From assembly GCF_000008645.1 (NCBI RefSeq), contig NC_000916.1, forward strand, positions 330,001 to 362,000: a stretch of DNA of 32,000 nt, written 5' to 3'. This document shows, one piece after another, positions 15,892 to 23,991 of this stretch. A program made the translations under genes and the position numbers. Below the pieces are notes generated by a model. The model did no database searches and was not told the origin of the DNA. It was given only the letters and a program-made list of their open reading frames with translations. This DNA comes from Methanothermobacter thermautotrophicus str. Delta H. GTDB taxonomy: Archaea > Methanobacteriota > Methanobacteria > Methanobacteriales > Methanothermobacteraceae. How positions within the stretch are numbered: the stretch's first letter is position 1; each line of letters begins with the position of its first letter.

Positions 15892-17709
15892 ATGGGATGT
15901 GAATGCAGCTCATGTTCCCCATCAGGGAATGGTAATGAAATACTGGTTATGGCAGCATCGGCAGCACTCCTTGCAGCAGGGATCCTCCTTGACCTCCAGG
16001 GAAGCATGATATCAGTTCCCCTCCTCATTGCAGCGGTTGTAGCTGCAGGATACAGGATATTCCCGGCAGCAGTCAGGTCAGTACTCAGGGGCCACTTCAC
16101 GGTGCACGTGCTCATACTCATCGCAGTCATCGGTGCCATCGCACTGGGTGACTACACTGAAGCGGCCCTCGTGACCGTCCTCTACCACATAGCAGAGTAC
16201 CTCGAGGAGTATGCCCACAGAAGATCACACAGATCCGTGGAATCCCTCATAAAACTCAGGCCCAGAACCGCGAGGGTCCTTGATGGAGGGGAGAGGATCA
16301 TGGGGGTCGAGGATGTTGAGGAAGGAAGCACAATAGGGATAAAACCAGGGGAGACGGTACCCCTCGATGGAACCGTTAAATCGGGGACCTCACAGGTTGA
16401 CCAGTCCAGCATAACAGGTGAGTCCCTCCCTGTTACCGTGGGGGAGGGTGACCAGGTATTTGCAGGTACACAGAACCTTGACGGGTACCTGGAGGTTAAG
16501 GTCACAAGGACCTCCGAGGCGACCGTACTCGCAGGTGTCATTGAAACGGTCAGGAGATCTGCTCTCAGGAGGTCCAGGAGGGAGAGATTCATTGAACGCT
16601 TCGCATCAATCTACACACCCACGGTAACTGGTCTTGCAGCCCTCACAGCACTCATACCGGTACTCACCGGAGGCGACCCCCTCACATGGATATACAGGGC
16701 CCTGGTGCTGCTGGTCATCTCATGCCCATGCGCACTCCTCATATCAACACCGGTCGCCATGGTCTCGGGAATGACAGCTGCGGCCGGGAGGGGAATCCTC
16801 ATCAAAGGTTCAGAGTTCCTGGAGAAGATGGCCTCCACCGGATGCATCATATTCGATAAGACAGGGACCCTCACCGAGGGAAGACCAGAGGTGATTGCTG
16901 TTGAACCGGAGGAGAGGAGGGATGAGATACTCAGAATAGCAGCATCCCTTGAGAGGAAATCCGGACACCCCATCGCAGAGGCCATAGTGAACTCATACAG
17001 TGGCAGAACAGTGGACGTGACAGACTTCAGGTCCATCCCGGGGAGGGGTGTCTCAGGTTACATAGAGGGTGTGAGGTACACCCTTGGAAGCCCGGAAACT
17101 GGAGGTGGGAATCCAGATAGAGGTACGGAGGTTCAGCTAACAGGACCGGAGGGTGTTATAGGCGTCATAAGACTCAGGGACAGCATCAGGAAATCCGCAG
17201 GGAGGATCACAGGGAGGCTCAGGGAGCGGGGTATCGGTACTCTGATGCTCACCGGTGACACTGAGGACTCTGCAGCGGCGGTGGCTGCTGAGATCGGTGC
17301 TGAAAGATACCGTGGGGGCCTGCTGCCAGAGGATAAGATGAGGATAATACGTGAACTGAGCTCCAGGAAGATCACGGTGATGGTGGGGGATGGTGTTAAC
17401 GATGCACCGGCACTTGCAGCGGCGGATGTGGGTATAGCCATGGGTGTCAGGGGATCGGACGTGGCCATTGAAACCGCAGATATAACCCTGGTGGAGGATG
17501 ACCTTGAAAGGATAGATGAGCTCATTGACATCAGCAGGAGAACCATGGATATCATCAGGGTTAACACAGGGTTAACCGTTGCAGTGAAGCTTTCCCTGGC
17601 TGTTCTCTCTGTCGCTGGCCTCGTACCACTATGGGTTGCTGTTGCAGTGGGTGATATGGGCCTTTCCCTTTTTGTTATAACAAACAGTCTGCTCCTTGCG
17701 AGGTTCTAG
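15892..17709 (+). CDS. P1B-type heavy-metal translocating ATPase, Zn/Cd/Pb-like (CadA/ZntA-type)
   Basis: Motifs DKTGTLT, CPC in a TM helix (ISCPCALLISTP), GDGVNDAPAL, TGES, and a K in the penultimate TM plus DMG in the last TM (P1B-2 pattern). Cys-rich N-terminus MGCECSSCS and no HMA domain. The ORF is open from 15859, but aggtga precedes ATG 15892. Confidence 0.9.
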   Translation: MGCECSSCSPSGNGNEILVMAASAALLAAGILLDLQGSMISVPLLIAAVVAAGYRIFPAAVRSVLRGHFTVHVLILIAVIGAIALGDYTEAALVTVLYHIAEYLEEYAHRRSHRSVESLIKLRPRTARVLDGGERIMGVEDVEEGSTIGIKPGETVPLDGTVKSGTSQVDQSSITGESLPVTVGEGDQVFAGTQNLDGYLEVKVTRTSEATVLAGVIETVRRSALRRSRRERFIERFASIYTPTVTGLAALTALIPVLTGGDPLTWIYRALVLLVISCPCALLISTPVAMVSGMTAAAGRGILIKGSEFLEKMASTGCIIFDKTGTLTEGRPEVIAVEPEERRDEILRIAASLERKSGHPIAEAIVNSYSGRTVDVTDFRSIPGRGVSGYIEGVRYTLGSPETGGGNPDRGTEVQLTGPEGVIGVIRLRDSIRKSAGRITGRLRERGIGTLMLTGDTEDSAAAVAAEIGAERYRGGLLPEDKMRIIRELSSRKITVMVGDGVNDAPALAAADVGIAMGVRGSDVAIETADITLVEDDLERIDELIDISRRTMDIIRVNTGLTVAVKLSLAVLSVAGLVPLWVAVAVGDMGLSLFVITNSLLLARF

Positions 17710-17749
17710 TAACGGTGTTATAACAAACAGTCTGCTCCTTGCGAGGTTC
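17673..17749. repeat. Perfect 34-nt direct repeat of the ATPase 3' end, copies 9 nt apart
   Basis: tgttataacaaacagtctgctccttgcgaggttc at 17673-17706 (last codons before TAG 17707) and at 17716-17749. Confidence 0.95.
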
Positions 17750-17788
17750 CGGTGTCAGTAAGAACCCCTTAAATTAATTTTAAATCCT

Positions 17789-17823
17789 AAAAAAAAAATA
17801 AAATGGTGGTGCTGGACCACCAT
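17789..17823. terminator. Bidirectional terminator-like element between convergent genes: A10/T-run plus an 8-bp hairpin
   Basis: A10 at 17789-17798, then atggtggt-gctgg-accaccat (17803-17823). On the minus strand this reads as a hairpin followed by an oligo-T tract, directly after the stop of the 17823..19574 gene. Confidence 0.5.
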
Positions 17824-19574
17824 TAAAAGGGAAGGCTGGCGTATATTCCCTTGATCTTTGCTGTTGCAGTGTTCCAGCTGTTCACAGCACCGAGGCTATT
17901 TTTTGAGCTCGTGGCATCTGCAGCGTACCATGTGTCACCCACAAGCACCTGTGCCCACACATGGCCGTAGGTGTTACCTGATGTGAAGGTGCAGGTTCCA
18001 TGCACGTACCTGGCGGCAAGACCAGCGGTCCTGAAGAGGGCCACCAGGAGGTGCGAGTGATCCACACAGTTACCTGTCCTGTATTTGAGTGTACCCGTGG
18101 CACCGTACCTTGTGTTGTAGTAGAAACTGTAGCTTATCCTGTCACGCACCCAGTTGAATATCGCTGTCGCCTTATCCCATGCACCGGTTAATCCTGCAGT
18201 CAGGTTTGCTGCCAGTGATTTAATTGCCGGATCATTAACCTGACAGTTTGCTGTTGCAGCAAGGTACTGGGAGGTGCTCTCACCGGTGAAGGGATCGTTC
18301 TCGGCTCTGTTCCTGAGTGATGCTGTGGGTGCTGTTGATGCACTGATCTTTTTGATGGTGACGTAGTTTGGTAGTCTGCTGTTGTCCTTCTGGAATTTGA
18401 GGATCCTTGCAACCGCGTAGACAAGGTTGTCACTGGATATCTTCCCTATGGTCGAACTCACGTAATTGGGTGCTCTTCTGTTGCTGTTTATGAATTTAAG
18501 TACACTGGATGCCAGTTTGAGATAAGCTGACTTTGAGAGCTGTCCTGTGGCTGAACCTGAAGGGTTCGGTGCGTTGCCAACTGTGCGCAGCGTCAGTGAG
18601 ACTGTGGACCCTGCAAGTTTCAGAAGGTCCTTCAGCATGAGGTCAAGGAACTGGGCGGTACCCAGCTTCTGACCACCCACTGAAACCGTCGCCGGCAGTT
18701 TACCGTAGGTTTCAATGTATTTTACAAGTTCTGCTGCAGATTCCCTGATGGTCACAGACGTGTTCCTGAGTGATGCTGTGGGTGCTGTTGATGCACTGAT
18801 CTTTTTGATGGTGACGTAGTTTGGTAGTCTGCTGTTGTCCTTCTGGAATTTGAGGATCCTTGCAACCGCGTAGACAAGGTTGTCACTGGATATCTTCCCT
18901 ATGTTCGAACTCACGTAATTGGGTGCTCTTCTGTTGCTGTTTATGAATTTAAGTACACTGGATGCCAGTTTGAGATAAGCTGACTTTGAGAGCTGTCCTG
19001 TGGCTGAACCTGAAGGGTTCGGTGCGTTGCCAACTGTGCGCAGCGTCAGTGAGACTGTGGACCCTGCAAGTTTCAGAAGGTCCTTCAGCATGAGGTCAAG
19101 GAACTGGGCGGTACCCAGCTTCTGACCACCCACTGAAACCGTCGCCGGCAGTTTACCGTAGGTTTCAATGTATTTTACAAGTTCTGCTGCAGATTCCCTG
19201 ATGGTCACAGACGTTATGCCTGCACTGTCACCTGCAGCCCTCACTGTGCCGGTGGAGTTCTCCGGGTTCACAGCCACTGAACCGGGTGAACCGCTGGTGC
19301 CATTAACCTCCAGCAGACCTCCCGATTCTGTGACCGTTTCATCTGCCTCTGGGGTAGAGGGGGATTCATTCTTCCCGGGATCACCGGGGCTGCTCTGTTT
19401 CCCTGTATCTACAGATCCTGTTTCACTTTCATTCATGAGTTCACATTGATTGTACTCTGAACACTGTTCCTCCACCATGCATCCAGCCACGGATGCTGTG
19501 TTATCAGCTGCCACTGCATAACCTGCTGTATTAATGAGTAGTATGCATGCAAGTAGCATGCACACATATCTCAT
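17823..19574 (-). CDS. Secreted protein with pseudomurein-binding repeats and a C-terminal transglutaminase-like Cys-His-Asp domain
   Basis: 583 aa. It has a signal peptide (MRYVCMLLACILLINTAGYAVAA) and a Ser/Pro/Glu-rich linker. Repeated ..LPATV/APNYV/LPNYV.. modules look like pseudomurein-binding (PMBR) motifs. The C-terminus has GNCVDHSHL, GHVWAQV and YAADAT, consistent with a transglutaminase-core triad. Confidence 0.85.
   Translation of the reverse strand: MRYVCMLLACILLINTAGYAVAADNTASVAGCMVEEQCSEYNQCELMNESETGSVDTGKQSSPGDPGKNESPSTPEADETVTESGGLLEVNGTSGSPGSVAVNPENSTGTVRAAGDSAGITSVTIRESAAELVKYIETYGKLPATVSVGGQKLGTAQFLDLMLKDLLKLAGSTVSLTLRTVGNAPNPSGSATGQLSKSAYLKLASSVLKFINSNRRAPNYVSSNIGKISSDNLVYAVARILKFQKDNSRLPNYVTIKKISASTAPTASLRNTSVTIRESAAELVKYIETYGKLPATVSVGGQKLGTAQFLDLMLKDLLKLAGSTVSLTLRTVGNAPNPSGSATGQLSKSAYLKLASSVLKFINSNRRAPNYVSSTIGKISSDNLVYAVARILKFQKDNSRLPNYVTIKKISASTAPTASLRNRAENDPFTGESTSQYLAATANCQVNDPAIKSLAANLTAGLTGAWDKATAIFNWVRDRISYSFYYNTRYGATGTLKYRTGNCVDHSHLLVALFRTAGLAARYVHGTCTFTSGNTYGHVWAQVLVGDTWYAADATSSKNSLGAVNSWNTATAKIKGIYASLPF
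18309..19214. repeat. Tandem duplication 2 x 453 bp (18309-18761, 18762-19214) inside the PMBR gene
   Basis: By eye the copies are identical except 18451 G versus 18904 T (Thr/Asn in the protein). It is in frame (151 aa) and duplicates a block of PMBR modules. Confidence 0.95.
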
Positions 19575-20221
19575 GCCAACCGAAATTTTACCGCCTCCAA
19601 TCCACAGTGCCCGGTAGGGTCACTGTGACATTAAAAACTTGAATCTCAAATCATATATAAATATTGCGATTTTTCAGCCCAAAAAAAGACATATATGAGC
19701 TTTTTAAATTAAAATAGACCGTCAGAGAGCTTTTTATTTTTGAGATAAATGGATATGCTTGATCAATGCCCCTACTGGACTGATAGACAATCTAAGATCC
19801 CAGATCCACTTTCTGGACACACAAAAAATTTTAAATGGCGATAGGATTTCCATCGAATCCCATTTTAAATATAAAGGTCTCTTTAAGGGGATTTAAGGAT
19901 GGGCCGGGGTGGGGCCAGACCATGGTGGAGTTACATGAATAATTCAGAGTATCCATCAAGGAACCACAGCCCTCTGAACACAAATTTAAGGGTTCTCAGG
20001 GGATATAAAGACCTCCAGAACCCACAGGGGCCTCATCACAGAATCATGGATTGAAGGCCAGTTTTCGACAGGATCCCGGCCCAGGTTTTTACAGGCGCAT
20101 ATCTGTATGCAGAGGGTTTGAATTCGCTGTCTTTCTCCTCAGGTTCATGCAGGGATCACCCCCCTTGATTCCGGGTTAAATTTATTACCCCTCCCCGGTA
20201 ATAGATAAACGGTGATATAAT

Positions 20222-20614
20222 ATGATGACACCCGAGATGATGGATGCAATTGAAAAGGAGCTGGTTTTTGTTGCAACTGCAGATGAGGAAGGAACCCCCA
20301 ATGTTGTTCCAATAGGCTTCGCCAGACCCCTGGATGAGAGGACCATCCTCATCGCAGACAACTACATGAAAAAAACCATAAGGAACCTCCACGAAAACCC
20401 CAGAATAGCACTGATACCACAGAACGCAAGGGAATGCCCCTACCAGTTCAAGGGAACAGTTGAAATATTTAAATCCGGAAAATACTTTGACATGGTCGTT
20501 GAGTGGGCACAGAACGTAATGACAGAACTTGAACCAAAATCAGCCATACTCATGACCGTGGAGGAGATATACTCAGTAAAACCGGGGCCAGAGGCCGGTG
20601 AAAAGGTGGCCTGA
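20222..20614 (+). CDS. Pyridoxamine 5'-phosphate oxidase-like (split-barrel FMN-binding) small protein
   Basis: 130 aa. LVFVATADEEGTPNVVPIGF...ILIADNYMKKTIRNLHENPRIAL is typical of the PNPOx-like family. ggtga SD before the ATG. Confidence 0.7.
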   Translation: MMTPEMMDAIEKELVFVATADEEGTPNVVPIGFARPLDERTILIADNYMKKTIRNLHENPRIALIPQNARECPYQFKGTVEIFKSGKYFDMVVEWAQNVMTELEPKSAILMTVEEIYSVKPGPEAGEKVA

Positions 20615-20633
20615 GCTCACAGAAGTGACCGCG

Positions 20634-22034
20634 ATGTGCGCCATTGCAGGGTTCAGGGGTGATGACGCCCCGGTAAAGGTACAGGAGATGTTAGATGTCC
20701 TCAGACACCGGGGCCCTGATGCCACAGGGATCTACCATGACAGCAGGATAGTGATAAGGACAGCGACGGGGGAGGATGTAAAGGAGGCCCCGCAATCAGC
20801 TGAGATTGCAGTGGGCCATAACCTCCTCTCAATCGTGGGAGGTCCTCAGCCAGTATCAGGGGACGGCGTACTGGTATTTAACGGCGAGATATACAATCAG
20901 GAGGAACTTAACTGGACCGGCAGCGACTCTGAACTCATCCTGGACCTCATAGAGGGCCACGGCGGGGACCTGGAGGATGCGCTGCGTTTCACGGTTAACA
21001 AGATAGACGGTGACTACGCCTTCGCCTACACAGACGGCGAGAACCTTGCAAGTCGTCAGGACCCTGTTGGTGTCAAACCCCTCTACCATTCAGGGGAGGC
21101 CTTCGCATCCGAAAAGAAGGCCCTCTGGAGGATAGGTCTGAGGAATGTGGAGACCCTGCCACCTGGCCATGCCATGATAAACGGTGTGAAGGTGAAGCTG
21201 AGGGGACTCCCCAGGGCGGAACCCTCAGATGCAGAACCAGAAGAGCTGAGGGAGAATCTCAAATCAGCTCTGAGGGAATCGGTGGAGAGGAGAGTTAGAG
21301 GTTTGGATGAGGCTGCCCTGGTATTCTCGGGCGGCGTTGACAGCACACTGCTGGCGGTCCTCCTTGATGAACACATCGATGTGAGGCTCTACACCGTGGG
21401 GCTCCCTGGTTCCAGCGACCCTCAGTTCGCATCCAGGGCTGCGGCAGACCTTGGAATGGAACTTGAGGTCCTGGAGGTTACAGAGGATACCATCAGGGAG
21501 GCCCTTCCCCATGTCCTGGGGGCGATAGAGGAGTACAATCTCATGAAGATCGGCGTTGCAATGCCCCTCTACCTGGCATCTGAGGCTGCCTCTGCAGACG
21601 GATACAGGGTCATGTTCTCTGGTCAGGGTGCAGACGAACTTTTCGCAGGATACCACAGGTACAGGCGCCTCCTGGCTGAGGGAAGACTCGAGGACGCCCT
21701 CCGGCATGACCTTGAAAACATCCACCATGTTAACCTTGAAAGGGATGACGCGGTTACAATGGCAAACTCGGTGGAGCTGAGGGTCCCCTTCCTGGACCTT
21801 CAACTGATAGGGGTGGCCCTGACCATACCAGCAGACCTCAAGATACGGGGCCCGGAGGATGAGCTGAGGAAACGCATACTCAGGGAGGCGGCCCTTGAGA
21901 TGGGGGTCCCCGAGTACATTGCGATGAGGCCCAAGAAGGCGGCGCAGTACGGTTCAGGGATAGATAAGGTCCTGCGGAGGAAGGTTCTCCCTGGGTTTGA
22001 CCATGAGACCTTCCTGAGGAGGCTGATGTTTTAA
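20634..22034 (+). CDS. Asparagine synthetase B-like glutamine amidotransferase (class II GATase plus PP-loop synthetase domain)
   Basis: Start chosen at ATG 20634 to give MCAIAG (the Cys2 nucleophile). Also DPVGVKPLY and the PP-loop LVFSGGVDST. The ORF is open from 20598. Confidence 0.85.
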   Translation: MCAIAGFRGDDAPVKVQEMLDVLRHRGPDATGIYHDSRIVIRTATGEDVKEAPQSAEIAVGHNLLSIVGGPQPVSGDGVLVFNGEIYNQEELNWTGSDSELILDLIEGHGGDLEDALRFTVNKIDGDYAFAYTDGENLASRQDPVGVKPLYHSGEAFASEKKALWRIGLRNVETLPPGHAMINGVKVKLRGLPRAEPSDAEPEELRENLKSALRESVERRVRGLDEAALVFSGGVDSTLLAVLLDEHIDVRLYTVGLPGSSDPQFASRAAADLGMELEVLEVTEDTIREALPHVLGAIEEYNLMKIGVAMPLYLASEAASADGYRVMFSGQGADELFAGYHRYRRLLAEGRLEDALRHDLENIHHVNLERDDAVTMANSVELRVPFLDLQLIGVALTIPADLKIRGPEDELRKRILREAALEMGVPEYIAMRPKKAAQYGSGIDKVLRRKVLPGFDHETFLRRLMF

Positions 22035-22105
22035 CCCATGTCTGCAGTGGTCATCCTGTCACACAGGATCCATGTTCCCTCTGCTGAATCTGAGGCCATG
22101 TTTTT

Positions 22106-22190
22106 TCTCTCTGTGACAGGTCTCTGTGGCAAGGTTTATATCATTGTAGCACGATAGACTAAGCCTTATATCACTGCAGCACCATAGACT
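22106..22190. promoter_or_regulatory. Repeat-rich intergenic promoter region with two sets of tandem direct repeats, the second carrying TATA-like boxes
   Basis: tctctgtgacagg/tctctgtggcaagg at 22108-22134. ttatatcattgtagcacgatagact (22136-22160) and ttatatcactgcagcaccatagact (22166-22190), 22/25 identical, period 30. A T6 run at 22101-22106 follows the upstream gene. Confidence 0.6.
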
Positions 22191-22233
22191 TTATGTGTTT
22201 CACATGTATCCATCAAGTTGAGAGGAGTCTGAT

Positions 22234-22449
22234 ATGAAGATAGAGAAAGAGGCTGAGAAGATCCTTGAGGAATTCTCAAGGGCCCTTGAGGAGGTCCCTG
22301 AACTCGAGGAAACATACTACATAGTGGATAATCTTAACAGGACCAGGGAGGATGAGGAAGAAAAAACAGAACCCGGAAAGATCCTCAGAAACGCCCCGGT
22401 CGATGATGACGGTAACATAGTCGTTGAGAGGGGTGAATGGACCCAGTAG
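22234..22449 (+). CDS. gatC: Small acidic protein, GatC-like (amidotransferase subunit C)
   Basis: 71 aa. The C-terminal TREDEE...ILRNAPVDDDGNIVV matches the GatC tail pattern (REDE...NAP...dG..V). The N-terminus is shorter than bacterial GatC. gagagga SD before the ATG. Confidence 0.55.
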   Translation: MKIEKEAEKILEEFSRALEEVPELEETYYIVDNLNRTREDEEEKTEPGKILRNAPVDDDGNIVVERGEWTQ

Positions 22450-22458
22450 GTGTTTCAG

Positions 22459-22938
22459 ATGCGGTTAAACCTGGTTATCGAACTCAGAGACGCCCCAGGG
22501 CAGCTGGTGTCAGTGCTTGAACCCCTGGGAAGTACCGGCGTGAATATAGTGACGGTTATACATGAGAGAGACCGTGAATACGGCCCGGTGGTGCCCGTGC
22601 AGCTCACGGTGGAGGGTGACAGGGAAACACTTGACGCAGCCATAGGCAGGCTCCAGGAGCAGGGTGTTAACATCATTGAGATGGACGGCGCCCCCCTGAG
22701 GGAGAAATTCACCACCATACTCATAGGTGACATTGCAGAGGGCGACCTTCAGGAGACGGTGGAGGCCGTGAACAGCGTCCAGGGAGCCAGTGTACTGGAC
22801 CTCTCCCTCAGAATGTCAGAGGGCAGATCAGCAGCCAGGATAACCTTTGAAGCAGAACACGGCAGCAGGGATGAGGTCCTGAGGAGGATCAATGAAGCCG
22901 CCATGGAGAGGAACCTCCTGCTTGTAAGCGAGGTCTAG
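22459..22938 (+). CDS. ACT-domain protein
   Basis: LVIELRDAPGQLVSVLEPLGSTGVNIVTVIH is a typical ACT beta-alpha-beta start. It lies immediately upstream of hom. The frame is open from GTG 22450, and ATG 22459 has better SD spacing. Confidence 0.7.
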   Translation: MRLNLVIELRDAPGQLVSVLEPLGSTGVNIVTVIHERDREYGPVVPVQLTVEGDRETLDAAIGRLQEQGVNIIEMDGAPLREKFTTILIGDIAEGDLQETVEAVNSVQGASVLDLSLRMSEGRSAARITFEAEHGSRDEVLRRINEAAMERNLLLVSEV

Positions 22939-22947
22939 GTGAGGGTT

Positions 22948-23961
22948 ATGAGGATATGTCTTGTTGGACTGGGAGCTGTTGGTCAGGGATTCCTCAGGGC
23001 CGTTCAGATGAAGGGCGAGTATCTGAGGGAAAGGTATGGCCTCGATATAAGGTTCACGGGAGTCGCGGATTCATCAGGAGCCCTCCACGACCCGGATGGC
23101 CTTGACATCAGGGGGGTACTTGAGCACAAGAAGCGGGCCGGCCTGGGGTCACATCCCTCAGGATACGAGGGGATGACCGGAGATGAACTCCTTGATGAGG
23201 CAGAATATGACTGCCTGGTGGAGGCAACACCAACAAATATAGAGGACGGCGAACCCGGCAGGTCACTGGTCCTGAAGGCCATGGGTGACGGGAAGCACGT
23301 TGTAACATCAAACAAGGGGCACCTGGCCCTTTTCTACTCTGAACTCATGGAGGCGGCCTCTGAGGCAGGTGTTGAGTTCATGTTCGAGGCATCTGTGGGG
23401 GGTGCCATGCCCATAATAAACCTTGCAAGGGAGACCCTAGCATCATGCACCATAGAATCTGTGATCGGTATCCTGAACGGTACCACCAACTTCATACTCT
23501 CCAGGATGGCCTCTGAGGGATCATCCTACAGGCAGGCCCTCATTGAGGCCCAGGAGCTGGGCATTGCAGAGACAAATCCCGCCCAGGACGTTGAAGGTAC
23601 TGATGCGGCCTGCAAGGCTGTGATAATCGCCAATTCAATCCTCGGAAGGCCATGCACCCTCAGGGATGTCAGGGTCGAGGGGATCACCGGTATAACCCAG
23701 GGGGCCATTGAACTGGCAGCCCAGGAGGGGTACCTCATAAAACTCATTGCAGAGATCTCAGGGGACAGGCTGGAGGTCGGACCCAGGCTGGTGAGGATGG
23801 GGTCACCCTACGCCGTGGACGGGACACTGAACATGGCCACCCTCAGGACAGACCTTGCAGGTGAGGTGACAGCTGTTGGACGTGGCGCAGGATCCCTTGA
23901 GACGGCCTCGGCCATGCTCACAGACACCATCACCATATGGAGGAAGTCTGGAGGGCGTTAA
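22948..23961 (+). CDS. hom: Homoserine dehydrogenase
   Basis: N-terminal Rossmann [22 protein letters not shown], and [12 protein letters not shown], the conserved Hom motif. The frame is open from GTG 22939. Confidence 0.88.
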   Translation: MRICLVGLGAVGQGFLRAVQMKGEYLRERYGLDIRFTGVADSSGALHDPDGLDIRGVLEHKKRAGLGSHPSGYEGMTGDELLDEAEYDCLVEATPTNIEDGEPGRSLVLKAMGDGKHVVTSNKGHLALFYSELMEAASEAGVEFMFEASVGGAMPIINLARETLASCTIESVIGILNGTTNFILSRMASEGSSYRQALIEAQELGIAETNPAQDVEGTDAACKAVIIANSILGRPCTLRDVRVEGITGITQGAIELAAQEGYLIKLIAEISGDRLEVGPRLVRMGSPYAVDGTLNMATLRTDLAGEVTAVGRGAGSLETASAMLTDTITIWRKSGGR

Positions 23962-23991
23962 ACCCCTTTACGGTTCTTTTCAGTGATAACC

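Noticed and set aside
15651-15902. 83-aa plus-strand ORF upstream of and overlapping the ATPase start
   Set aside because: It runs through the TATA box, the inverted repeat and the SD of the ATPase gene. It has no SD of its own and no recognisable family, so the region is more likely promoter or leader.
16182-17567. Minus-strand ORFs of 136-144 aa inside the P-type ATPase gene
   Set aside because: The plus strand carries every P-type ATPase signature, and the antisense products are low-complexity.
21264-21803. 179-aa minus-strand ORF inside the asnB-like gene, and similar ORFs at 26028..26453 (pyrG), 11802..12203 (ehaS/T) and 27554..27943 (plus strand, inside the STT3-like gene)
   Set aside because: All are embedded antisense to genes with clear family motifs and have no recognisable domains. 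I treat them as shadow ORFs.
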